From Candidatus Zambryskiibacteriota bacterium (GTDB lineage: Bacteria; Patescibacteriota; Minisyncoccia; Phycocordibacterales; Zambryskibacteraceae), in assembly GCA_016177225.1 (NCBI GenBank), contig JACOVQ010000002.1, positions 1-59,652 of the forward strand: a stretch of DNA of 59,652 bases, in the 5' to 3' direction. The notes under the pieces are model-generated. The model saw only the letters and a program-made list of their open reading frames with translations, did not search any database and had not been told where the DNA came from. Shown here one piece after another: positions 7,905 to 16,663 of the stretch. The translations under genes were made by a program, and so were the position numbers. Each line of letters starts with the position of its first letter. The first letter of the stretch is position 1.

Positions 7905-8267
7905 TTATCGAATGATGCGAATGAAAAGCTTTTTATACCAAGGCATCTTCAAAACATCGGTTGAGGTGGCGGAACGCTTCTCATCCACGATAATCGCCGC
8001 ATGTTCACCCTCGCGAACTACGCTAAATTTCTCTTTTATTTCTTCTTCAAGGCCTTCCGGAGTGCCGAGACGTTCAATTTTCTTTTTAAGCAACTCTTCA
8101 CGGACAGTCATCGCGCTGATTTCCTGCCGCAGCGCTTCTACTTTTTGACGACTCTCCTTCTCTTTTACCAAGATTTTTATCGCTCCTTTGGTCAGAGTAA
8201 AAGCAGCGATAGAGAGGAGTATTATTACCGGCAGAGAATACATGCCCTTATTTCGAAGCTCACGCAT
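7905..8267 (-). CDS. FtsB/DivIC-like septum formation initiator
   Basis: An N-terminal TM helix followed by a coiled coil (EKESRQKVEALRQEISAMTVREELLKKKIERL) and an EEIKEKFSVVREGE tail. Confidence 0.5.
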   Translation of the reverse strand: MRELRNKGMYSLPVIILLSIAAFTLTKGAIKILVKEKESRQKVEALRQEISAMTVREELLKKKIERLGTPEGLEEEIKEKFSVVREGEHAAIIVDEKRSATSTDVLKMPWYKKLFIRIIR

Positions 8268-8390
8268 TTCTTTATGGTATCATAGAGGCAATGCTATTCG
8301 ACAGGAAGCACAAGAAAAAGTTAAATGCCGTTTGGATAGTGCTCTGCGCGCTTATTATTTTAAGTATGATTCTTCTGTATTCTCCGATAT

Positions 8391-10226
8391 TTAACTCTTA
8401 AGCATTTTGATGAAGACATCTTGAGGAATGTTGATTTTGCCGAGGTTTTTCATCTTCTTCTTGCCTTTTTTCTGCTTCTCGCGCAGTTTCATTTTGCGGG
8501 TAATATCGCCGCCATACATATGCTGAGTAACGTCTTTTCTAAAAGCCGAAACACTTTTTGATGAGATGATTCTGCCGAGCGCTTTTGCCTGAATCTTCAT
8601 GGCAAACATTTGGCGCGGCAACAAGCCGTGAAGTTTTTCCACGGCGGCTTCGGCCTCTTCTTCCACAATCCTCCTTGATATCACTCTCGAAAATGCCGGC
8701 AGTACTTCATCGGCGACCAGAATGTCAAGACGCACTACGTCCGCGTCTCTCTGTCCCGCTATTTCATATGAGATGGATGCAAATCCGGAAGTGGCACGTT
8801 TCAGCTTATCAAAAAAATTGCGCATCAACTCTCGCAAAGGCATTTTCAAAGTCAATTTATTGCGGTTTTCTCCGAAAGTTTCGGTACTTTCTAGTTCGGC
8901 CTCGTATTCATACAAAAGCGGCATTACTGCGCCGAGATAATTCGCTGGCAATAATATTGCCAGCGAAACCCACGGTTCACGTATTTCTCTCAAAAGACCT
9001 TCATCTGGGAAATGCGCCGAGGAATAAATCGTCTCGTGTTTGCCGTTTTTATATGTAACTTCATAGGTAATCGTGGGCGTTGTTACAACCAGATTCAATC
9101 TAAACTCGCGCCGCAAACGTTCGGTAATAATTTCTAGGTGAAGCATGCCTAAAAATCCGCATCTAAATCCCCTGCCTAGCGCTCCGGAAGTTTCTTCTTC
9201 GTAGGTAAACGAGGAATCGGAAAGTTTCAGTTTGCCGAACGACTGTTTTAGAAAAATAAAATCATTGGCATTTTCCGGATAGACAGAAGCCCACACTACT
9301 GGATGCGGTTTTTCGTAACCAGGTAGCGCGGCGCGTGTGTCAGACATTGAAGCCACCGTATCTCCGACTGAAGCCGCGCCGGGCTCTTTGATACCGGTTA
9401 CGATATAGCCAATCTCTCCCGCCTCAAGCGAGTCTCTCGGTTTTTCGTCGGGAGAAAATATGCCCACTTCTATCGCACTAAATTTCTCTTTCGAAACTTT
9501 AAAAATGAGCGGAGTATTTCTCGATACGGAGCCGGACATGACCCGAACGAAAACAATCATTCCGCGGTGAGTCGAGTATTTGAAATCGAAAACCAAAGAC
9601 CTAAAGGTCGGACCTTGAGAATCAGTATTTAAGGTCCGACCTTGATTCGGAGGAGGAATCTTTTTTACTATTTCCGACAATAGATTTTCCACTCCCTCTC
9701 CGGTTTTTCCAGATACTTTGAGTACTTCTCGAGCTTCACAATTTAATAACTTGCAAACTTCTCCGCAAACTTCTTCCACTCGCGCCAGAGGCGAATCGAT
9801 TTTAGAAATAACTGGAATAATAGTAAGTCCCGACTTCGCGAGGCTGAAGCCTGCTTCGTCGTGGCAGAAGCCCGATTCGCGCGCCATGCCGAGAGTGGTC
9901 AGAGTTTGCGCTTGTACGCCCTGCGTGGCATCAACAAGCAATATCGACCCTTCCACTGCTTTAAGCGCGCGAGAAACTTCGTAAGAGAAATCAATGTGTC
10001 CCGGAGTATCAATCAAATTCAGAATGTAATCTTTGTACTTCATCCGCACGGGTTGCATCTTTATGGTAATGCCTCGTTCCCGTTCCAACTCCATAGAATC
10101 AAGCACCTGGTTCTGCATTTTCCGCTTCTCTATGGTTCCCGTTAATTCAAGCATTCGGTCGGCAAGCGTCGACTTGCCGTGGTCAACATGCGCAATAATT
10201 GAGAAATTTCTAATTTTATCGGTCAT
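8391..10226 (-). CDS. lepA: Elongation factor 4 (LepA)
   Basis: IRNFSIIAHVDHGKSTLADRML and LNLIDTPGHIDFSYEV, plus the LepA C-terminal domain. Start set at MTDKIRNF, which gives an ATGA overlap with the murJ stop. Confidence 0.92.
   Translation of the reverse strand: MTDKIRNFSIIAHVDHGKSTLADRMLELTGTIEKRKMQNQVLDSMELERERGITIKMQPVRMKYKDYILNLIDTPGHIDFSYEVSRALKAVEGSILLVDATQGVQAQTLTTLGMARESGFCHDEAGFSLAKSGLTIIPVISKIDSPLARVEEVCGEVCKLLNCEAREVLKVSGKTGEGVENLLSEIVKKIPPPNQGRTLNTDSQGPTFRSLVFDFKYSTHRGMIVFVRVMSGSVSRNTPLIFKVSKEKFSAIEVGIFSPDEKPRDSLEAGEIGYIVTGIKEPGAASVGDTVASMSDTRAALPGYEKPHPVVWASVYPENANDFIFLKQSFGKLKLSDSSFTYEEETSGALGRGFRCGFLGMLHLEIITERLRREFRLNLVVTTPTITYEVTYKNGKHETIYSSAHFPDEGLLREIREPWVSLAILLPANYLGAVMPLLYEYEAELESTETFGENRNKLTLKMPLRELMRNFFDKLKRATSGFASISYEIAGQRDADVVRLDILVADEVLPAFSRVISRRIVEEEAEAAVEKLHGLLPRQMFAMKIQAKALGRIISSKSVSAFRKDVTQHMYGGDITRKMKLREKQKKGKKKMKNLGKINIPQDVFIKMLKS
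9604..9643 (-). repeat. Family-B double hairpin element in frame in lepA
   Basis: AAGGTCGGACCTT-14 nt-AAGGTCCGACCTT, translated as QGRTLNTDSQGPTF in the loop after IPPP. Confidence 0.8.
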
Positions 10227-11896
10227 ACTATCTCCGGGTCTGTCGCAATGACGCGTGTTTTGACGAATTTTTGCCTGACGGCATCCCATATCTCGCTAAG
10301 CTCTTTATTTTTCAACGCCAATAAAACTGCGACTCCCGCAACCAAAGCTGTGATTCCGGAGAGAAACCCTTGGGCAAATATTCCCGGTAATGTGGCGGTG
10401 TTGAAGAGCGGACCGAAAATCTTAAGCGCAAGATAAGCAACAACGCCGATAATAAAAGACGCCCCCAGCGAATCAAAGAGGGTTCGCGCGATGCCGCGGG
10501 AAAAGCCGGGAAACTCGCGTTCAAAAGCCGCCCAAAGGATAACGCTGTTTAGAATAGTCGCAAGCGAGAATGCAAGCGGCAAGACCAAAACCGCGGTGTC
10601 AGGCAGATTTTGGACCCGCAGGACGGTGGCCGTCCAATGCCGGATAAATTCGGAGGCATAGAAAAGCTTGACCGAAGACCAAGCAAGAAAGAAAAGGACG
10701 ATTGTGGAAACCAAATTAATGAAAAACGGCTTTCTGGTAAAGCCCGCCGAGTAAAAACCTCTCATAAATAAAAGCAGGAGCGATTGCGAAAGAGAGGAGA
10801 TGATAAAGAGCGCAAGGGCCGCCGCCACAAGCCGAGTGTCCTCCCAGCCGAACTGCCCGGAACCCAAAAGCACGCGAACAATTTGGGCGCGAAGAATCAC
10901 GATAAGCGCCGTAAGCGGCAGGGACCAAAAGATGATAAACCTCGCGGTCGCCCTCATTTGGTTTTTGAAAGCCTCGAAATTGCGTTCCTTGAAATTTCTT
11001 GAAAGCGTGGGGAAGGCGGCCAGCGAATACGATACGCCAATGAGAGAGAGCGGCGCAGTCATAAGATTAATGGAGAAATAAAGTACCGAAATCGAACCGG
11101 CTGACATGAGCGATGCCAAAGATATCAAAAAGATAGCGCTCAATTGGCTCATGGATAACGTGAGCGTTCTGGGCAGAGAAATAGTGACCACATTTTTAAT
11201 CATTTTCCAGTCGATAAAACGGAGCCGGGGAAAGAGTCCGAGAGACATGACGGAAGGAACTTGGATGAACACATGGAAAAGCGCTCCGATAATTACTCCC
11301 AGAGCCACCCCTAAGACGCCCAGTTTCGTAGCGAAGACAAGCACTCCCAAGACGATGCCAGCATTGTAAAGCACGGGTGCCAAAGCGTAGACGGTAAAGC
11401 GTCCGTAAGCCTGAGTGATGGAGCCAAGCAAGTTTGACAGCCCTAAAATTATCGGCGACAAAAGAAGGACTCTTGAGAGAAAAATTGTTTCGGCAAGTTC
11501 GGACGGGTTAAAGCCTTTAAATAAAATTTTTGCCGCAAACGGCATGAGAAAGAACGCCAATACCGATATCGCGACAATGAAAATCGCGAAAAAAGAAAAA
11601 ATGTTGTCGACAAAACGGCGGAGAGACTCTTTGCCCTTGGATTCTTCATTGATGATAAAAGGTATCAGCACTGACAAAGAGACTATCGAAGCGGCAGTAA
11701 CAAATATAAAGTCCGGAATCCTAAAAGCCGCAGTGTAAATGTCGAGCGCTTGCCCGGCGCCAAAAATATGAGCCAAGAGCCTGTCTCTTAAAAGTCCGAG
11801 AATCTGGGAGAGAAAAGAAAACAGCCCCAAAAGAAACGCGGCTTGATTGAGACTCTTCGTCTCTTTGTATAAAAACCCCAAGATTTTGCGAACCAT
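10223..11896 (-). CDS. murJ: Lipid II flippase MurJ/MviN
   Basis: LGLLRDRLLAHIFGAGQALDIYTAAFRIPDFIF plus about 14 TM segments. Confidence 0.85.
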   Translation of the reverse strand: MVRKILGFLYKETKSLNQAAFLLGLFSFLSQILGLLRDRLLAHIFGAGQALDIYTAAFRIPDFIFVTAASIVSLSVLIPFIINEESKGKESLRRFVDNIFSFFAIFIVAISVLAFFLMPFAAKILFKGFNPSELAETIFLSRVLLLSPIILGLSNLLGSITQAYGRFTVYALAPVLYNAGIVLGVLVFATKLGVLGVALGVIIGALFHVFIQVPSVMSLGLFPRLRFIDWKMIKNVVTISLPRTLTLSMSQLSAIFLISLASLMSAGSISVLYFSINLMTAPLSLIGVSYSLAAFPTLSRNFKERNFEAFKNQMRATARFIIFWSLPLTALIVILRAQIVRVLLGSGQFGWEDTRLVAAALALFIISSLSQSLLLLFMRGFYSAGFTRKPFFINLVSTIVLFFLAWSSVKLFYASEFIRHWTATVLRVQNLPDTAVLVLPLAFSLATILNSVILWAAFEREFPGFSRGIARTLFDSLGASFIIGVVAYLALKIFGPLFNTATLPGIFAQGFLSGITALVAGVAVLLALKNKELSEIWDAVRQKFVKTRVIATDPEIV

Positions 11897-14172
11897 TATT
11901 TTTTATTGAGCCTGTTCAAAGCCTCTTTAATTTCCGCGCTATCAGGGTTAGTAACGAGAAGTTCTTCAAACTCTTTCTTAGCCTCTCCTTTACGGCCGAG
12001 CTTTTCAAGTGTCAGACCGAGGTAGTACTTGGCATTGGCATAATTAGGCAGAAATTCTAGAGCTTTGGAAAACGCCTCAACCGCTCCTTCATTATCGTTA
12101 TTAGAAGACTTAAGAAGCCCGAGCTCAAAATAGATACTCGGATTATTGGGGTCGAGCGTTACCAGCTTTTCTGTAGAAGCGATGGCGCCGCCGATATTTT
12201 TATCTTGTACTTCGATGCGCGCAAGCAAGACATATGCGTCGGTATAATCATTTTTGAGAATGATAGCCTGTCGGATGTAGTTTCTGGCCGCATCGAGCTT
12301 GCCATTATTGACTTCAAGCTGCGCCAGAAGCAACGCCGCTTCCGGACTGGCCGGATTTCTATTGGCCGCTTGCATATAGGCGAACTGGGCATTTTCGTAA
12401 GCTCCTTGCACGGAGAGCGGAGCGGGAACCAGAGCGCTGTAGATTGTGCCCAGAACGAGCCAATTTTCATAGCCGGCAGAATTAAGAGCAACGGCAGAAC
12501 GGGCGGCGGCGATACTTGAAGATATGGCGGATTGAAATGCGGCTTGGTTTTTCTCTGTCTGTTGTTGGTTGTCAGTTGTCGGTTGTTGTGCTATTTGTTG
12601 CGCTTTGGCAAAATAAAGTCTCGACAAAGCGGCATAGTAGACATCTGCGGGAGCGAATTTAACGGCCTTGCCAATCAAAACTGCCATTTCGTCAGCCGAC
12701 GCGCCTGCTTTGGTTGAAAGAGTGGATGCTTTTTGGAAGTAAACCACTCCGATTGTTTTTTTGACGGACGTGTATCCGATAAACAAAAGTCCAACTGCCG
12801 CCGCGCCAAGGAAAAATTTTGAGAGCAGGCGCCCGGCGGTGTCGCGCGAGAAGAGAATTAAACGAGAAGATATTACCCCCCTCGCCGATGATATAAAGAG
12901 AGCGGTAAAAATGAAGGTCAGCGCGAGAACTACGAGAGACGGAGCATAGAGAAAACTTGCCGTCCAAAGATAAACGGAAGCAAGGAAGGCAGATACGAGA
13001 GCGAAGCGAGGCCCGCGCGGTTCCGGCAAATTCGCCAGAGCTTTAATGCCCAGCCACAAAAGCATGGCGAGAAGCGCGAGCCAGAGAATGGTGCCGAGAA
13101 GTCCCGTAGAAGCAATTTGAGTAGGGATAAAGCCTGAGCCGAAAGAAAAATTGGCGCTCCAGAACGGAGTGGCGTTGATACCGGAAGGCTTATGAATGAG
13201 CCAATCGCGGCTAAAGGTGTTGGGACCGGAGCCAAAAAGCGTCCCTTGGGAAAGCACGGCTTTTGAGATATTGAGAGTGGCCGCAAAGGTTGGCCTGATA
13301 TCGGCATTATTGAGGCCGAAAGCGGAAGAGACCGCACTGCCGAGCGTGCCGCGCGAGGCAGAGATGTTGGGATTAATGATAAACAGCAGAGAAACTATGC
13401 CGAGTATAAGCGGCAAGACGATGGGGCGCCGATGGGAATCTTCTTTGGCAAGCAGCGCTTTTTCCATTCTGGAAAAATAGATAAAAATTATCACGGCAGC
13501 TACGAAAGTAAAGACAAAGAGCGATGAGAAATTAAGCGCTGCCGCGATGGCAAGCGAGATTAGAAATACCGCGTAGCCCAAGACACGCAGAGTCTTGGTC
13601 ATCGGTACCATGCCTAAAACAAGAGTGAGAATGACGGCCAATAAACCAAGAACGGTGGCCAGGTCGGTCCAGTTACCGATTAAGTTTGCCGTCTTACCGA
13701 CAAAAATTCCCCAAACCGGAGCCCCGAAAAGAATTTTAATCAGGGCAAATAAAGCCACAACGGAAAACGACGCGAGAAGCGTGCTTAATGCTTTAAGAAT
13801 TCTTGAGGTGTCGGAAACCACTACGCTTGTGATAAATAAAAGAACGGTAATCAACAGCACAAATCCAAAAGTGCCCACTTCGAAGTTGTAGCCGAAAAGC
13901 GACAATGAAGAGGGCGTAGTAAGAAGCGCCGAGAGGAAATAAATGGCCGGCAGCAGAGCCGCCACGAGCACTGCCGGATGCCAAGGTATTTCAATCTTTC
14001 CCGATTTCCAAGTTTCGAGAATAAAGACGAGACTTGCAACGATTACTCCGAGAGAAAGGAGTATTGCTTTAGAAACGGCCAGACTCATTACTCCTCCCGG
14101 GATAAAAAAGAGCGGTAGAAGGAAGAGAATGGCCAGAAGAATTTTAAAGGTTTTTGAATATGTTGAAGTCAT
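11896..14172 (-). CDS. Polytopic membrane protein with C-terminal TPR repeats (O-antigen-ligase-like architecture)
   Basis: About 12 TM helices followed by TPR units (LDAARNYIRQAIILKNDYTDAYVLLARI, AVEAFSKALEFLPNYANAKYYLGL). Same architecture as 29820..31778. Confidence 0.5.
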   Translation of the reverse strand: MTSTYSKTFKILLAILFLLPLFFIPGGVMSLAVSKAILLSLGVIVASLVFILETWKSGKIEIPWHPAVLVAALLPAIYFLSALLTTPSSLSLFGYNFEVGTFGFVLLITVLLFITSVVVSDTSRILKALSTLLASFSVVALFALIKILFGAPVWGIFVGKTANLIGNWTDLATVLGLLAVILTLVLGMVPMTKTLRVLGYAVFLISLAIAAALNFSSLFVFTFVAAVIIFIYFSRMEKALLAKEDSHRRPIVLPLILGIVSLLFIINPNISASRGTLGSAVSSAFGLNNADIRPTFAATLNISKAVLSQGTLFGSGPNTFSRDWLIHKPSGINATPFWSANFSFGSGFIPTQIASTGLLGTILWLALLAMLLWLGIKALANLPEPRGPRFALVSAFLASVYLWTASFLYAPSLVVLALTFIFTALFISSARGVISSRLILFSRDTAGRLLSKFFLGAAAVGLLFIGYTSVKKTIGVVYFQKASTLSTKAGASADEMAVLIGKAVKFAPADVYYAALSRLYFAKAQQIAQQPTTDNQQQTEKNQAAFQSAISSSIAAARSAVALNSAGYENWLVLGTIYSALVPAPLSVQGAYENAQFAYMQAANRNPASPEAALLLAQLEVNNGKLDAARNYIRQAIILKNDYTDAYVLLARIEVQDKNIGGAIASTEKLVTLDPNNPSIYFELGLLKSSNNDNEGAVEAFSKALEFLPNYANAKYYLGLTLEKLGRKGEAKKEFEELLVTNPDSAEIKEALNRLNKK

Positions 14173-14230
14173 AAGTGTTACGAATTAATAATTGAATATG
14201 GCTTTATTTTAGCATAAATAATTATCCCCA

Positions 14231-14306
14231 GCATTGTAATTTGACGAGGCAAGGCCTCGACCAAGCACAGCATTGTAACTTGACGAGGCAAGGCCTCGAC
14301 CAAGCA
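14231..14306 (+). repeat. Two tandem 37-nt REP units upstream of the RAYT gene
   Basis: GCATTGTAAyTTGACGAGGCAAGGCCTCGACCAAGCA occurs twice (14231..14267 and 14270..14306). Hairpin CGAGGC-AAG-GCCTCG. Confidence 0.85.
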
Positions 14307-14312
14307 ATTATA

Positions 14313-14321
14313 TGGTATAAT
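14313..14321 (+). promoter_or_regulatory. Extended -10 TGGTATAAT, 6 nt upstream of the RAYT ATG
   Basis: TATGGTATAATTTTTATATG. The identical TGGTATAAT precedes rnpB. Confidence 0.5.
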
Positions 14322-14327
14322 TTTTAT

Positions 14328-14972
14328 ATGAGTTTGCGTAAAATCCCATTTGTGCCAGATGAGTACTACCATATATACAGTCGCGGTAGTGATAAGCGCA
14401 AAATATTCCACGACAACTCAGATTACAATCGCTTCTTAAATATTCTTTACCTATCAAATTCCGACATTAATTTTAGATTCGATAGAATCGAAGATGTCTA
14501 CTCTACCGAACGTGGCCAAAGACTTGTTTCAATAGGAGCTTATTGTCTTATGCCAAATCACGTGCATATTCTCATAAAGCAAGTTGCGGAAAACGGTATA
14601 AGCAGATTTATGCATAAACTCTTAACCGCTTATTCCATGTATTACAATACCAAATATGAACGCACGGGAGGATTACTTGAAGGTAAGTTCAAAGCAGAAC
14701 TTCTTGATTCAGACAACTATCTTAAATATCTATTTTCTTATATACATTTAAACCCTGTGAAATTGATTGAGCCGAAGTGGAAAGAAAGTGGAATTAGAAA
14801 CAGAAATAAAGCTATAGATTTTCTTAATAAATACCGTTATTCAAGCTACCAAGATTTTATGAGAATAGACCGAAAGGAAAAAGCAATTCTAAATTTGGAA
14901 GATTTCCCGGAGTATTTCCCGACTAAGGAAAAATTCCAAGAAGAAATTTTCGACTGGATTGATTACAAATAA
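14328..14972 (+). CDS. REP-associated tyrosine transposase (RAYT, IS200/Y1 HUH family)
   Basis: YHIYSRG, LMPNHVHILI (HUH) and YIHLNPVK (catalytic Tyr region). Flanked by REP hairpins. Start taken at MSLRKIPF rather than the tracked TTG at 14241, which reads through the REPs. Confidence 0.85.
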   Translation: MSLRKIPFVPDEYYHIYSRGSDKRKIFHDNSDYNRFLNILYLSNSDINFRFDRIEDVYSTERGQRLVSIGAYCLMPNHVHILIKQVAENGISRFMHKLLTAYSMYYNTKYERTGGLLEGKFKAELLDSDNYLKYLFSYIHLNPVKLIEPKWKESGIRNRNKAIDFLNKYRYSSYQDFMRIDRKEKAILNLEDFPEYFPTKEKFQEEIFDWIDYK

Positions 14973-14982
14973 GTTGAAAAAC

Positions 14983-15037
14983 TGACGAGGCAAGGCCTCG
15001 ACCAAGAAGAACTTGTGGTGTAATTTAAAACCACTTT
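14983..15037 (+). repeat. 55-bp REP-plus-hairpin unit, left direct repeat
   Basis: TGACGAGGCAAGGCCTCGACCAAGAAGAACTTGTGGTGTAATTTAAAACCACTTT. Repeated at 18106..18160 with one mismatch. Confidence 0.9.
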
Positions 15038-15053
15038 GAAATACTAGGATATG

Positions 15054-15062
15054 TGGTATAAT
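15054..15062 (+). promoter_or_regulatory. Extended -10 TGGTATAAT for rnpB
   Basis: Lies about 6 nt upstream of the P1 5' strand of the RNase P RNA. Confidence 0.45.
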
Positions 15063-15067
15063 AATAG

Positions 15068-15384
15068 CGGTGTCGGATAGTTGCCCGCCATTGAGGCGGG
15101 AGGAAAGTCCGAACATTCAATTGTCTGTGCATGCATATGCGTGCAGATGATAAGGGTAGCGGGTAACGCCCGTCGGGAGCAATCCTAGAGATGAGAACAG
15201 AAATGACCCGGTTAAGTCCGGCTGAAACAGCAAAATTCTTACCTGAATGCAAGGCCGTGTCCAGCCCCAGTTTCTCAAAAATTGGAGGCGGAAGTGCCGC
15301 TAGAGGCTTCGAGTGATCGACGTCCCAGATAAATAACTATCTCCGCCGAAGAGGCGGAACAGAATTCGGCTTATAGACACCCGA
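15068..15384 (+). ncRNA. rnpB: RNase P RNA (bacterial type, compact)
   Basis: GGGAGGAAAGTCCGAAC (CR-I) and AACAGAATTCGGCTTAT (CR-V). P1 pairing GGTGTC/GACACC. GGGTAACGCCC module. Followed by the hairpin CGAACTCGCCCA-CATTG-TGGGCGAGTTCG. Confidence 0.85.
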
Positions 15385-15513
15385 ACTCGCCCACATTGTG
15401 GGCGAGTTCGTTTACCACGAGGAAAGACCTCGTGGTCTTTCCTGAATTTGTTTGACTTTTTCATTATTTATAGTACCTTTAATGTCAGAAATTGAACTTT
15501 TTGGAGGTATTGA

Positions 15514-16548
15514 ATGAAAAAAACGGCGCAACCTTTTTTTCCAAGATTGCTTGTTTGTGGAATGATAGTCCTGTCCGGGAGCTTACTATCGCACAACATC
15601 GCTGGCGAGTTCAATCGGGACGAGAACGATTTGTGGCTCGTAAAAAATCTGGCGGAAAATTATTACAAACTCTCCGGCTTCCCGAGCTTCGCAAGCGTTA
15701 GCGACGAAAAGACGACATTCGACACATCAATTGGCCAGCAAGTAAACAGCGTGCCGAGCGAGCTGTACGAATTTCGCCTGATACGGGACCGACGTCTGCT
15801 TCTTTTGAGAACATATGGCAGAACGGGACAGACGGCAAATCCAGTTGTGGTTGACGTCGCCTCGGTTGAAAAAGCGGCGGCATACGGGGAGATAAAAATT
15901 CCCCGTATGCTCATCAGCGTAAATCAGCAAGTAGAATTTCCACTGACTAACCTCAGTGAGAAGTCTATGGCTGAGTTGAGAAAATTTTATTCCGATTTCA
16001 CTCGACCCTTGCAGGTTCGACCGGACGACTTTAATCCGGAAAATGAAATCGGAAAACTGAAGAGCCACGCTTTCTGGCGGTCTATTGGCATATCTTTGTC
16101 TGTCGTTTCGACTGGCGGAATATGGCTTGGGGCAGTAAGTTCTGTACTAGGTTTCGCCGGACTTATCCTAAGCGGGTTGGCCTGGCATTCTCGCCAAAAC
16201 AAAAAAAGGGTTCTAGCGGCAGGTTATATCGGACAACAAAAGCAGGCGCGAGTAGAATACCAAGAAAAAGTCTTTATCAGACAGCCAGCGCCAGGACCGA
16301 AAAGATTTGCCGCGGCCAGAACTCCGGCAATGGAACGACAGCGATTGGTAGATTCTGTCTTGAGATTGACCAGCGGCACAGTGCCGTTATCGCCAAAAGT
16401 CCAAGAGTTGTTGGAAGAAGTGGAAAAAATACCACTGTCAGATTACCAAGAAACAGTGGGCAAAATTCGGCTAGCGAGAAATTTGCAGTGGAGAGCCTTC
16501 AGAAACGGAGGCGGTCCAAAGCAAATGGAACGTCTCCACACACATTAA
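15514..16548 (+). CDS. Hypothetical membrane protein (signal/anchor plus central TM pair)
   Basis: N-terminal LLVCGMIVLSGSLL and a central hydrophobic stretch ISLSVVSTGGIWLGAVSSVLGFAGLILSGLAW. GGAGG lies 6 nt upstream of the ATG. Visibly G+C-richer than its neighbours. Confidence 0.6.
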   Translation: MKKTAQPFFPRLLVCGMIVLSGSLLSHNIAGEFNRDENDLWLVKNLAENYYKLSGFPSFASVSDEKTTFDTSIGQQVNSVPSELYEFRLIRDRRLLLLRTYGRTGQTANPVVVDVASVEKAAAYGEIKIPRMLISVNQQVEFPLTNLSEKSMAELRKFYSDFTRPLQVRPDDFNPENEIGKLKSHAFWRSIGISLSVVSTGGIWLGAVSSVLGFAGLILSGLAWHSRQNKKRVLAAGYIGQQKQARVEYQEKVFIRQPAPGPKRFAAARTPAMERQRLVDSVLRLTSGTVPLSPKVQELLEEVEKIPLSDYQETVGKIRLARNLQWRAFRNGGGPKQMERLHTH

Positions 16549-16571
16549 AATCGTCCTTATTTGGGCAACTA

Positions 16572-16602
16572 GGCTACCTATTCTATAGGTAGCCGTTCTT
16601 TT
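16572..16602 (+). terminator. Rho-independent terminator
   Basis: GGCTACCTAT-TCT-ATAGGTAGCC followed by GTTCTTTT. Confidence 0.6.
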
Positions 16603-16604
16603 AC

Positions 16605-16633
16605 TTGACAAAATAATAAGTACCATATATAAT
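16605..16633 (+). promoter_or_regulatory. Consensus sigma70-type promoter TTGACA-17 nt-TATAAT
   Basis: TTGACA at 16605..16610, a 17-nt spacer, then TATAAT at 16628..16633. AGGAGG at 16653..16658 lies 5 nt upstream of ATG 16664. Confidence 0.65.
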
Positions 16634-16663
16634 ATAGATAGACAAATTCAATAGGAGGTTCCT

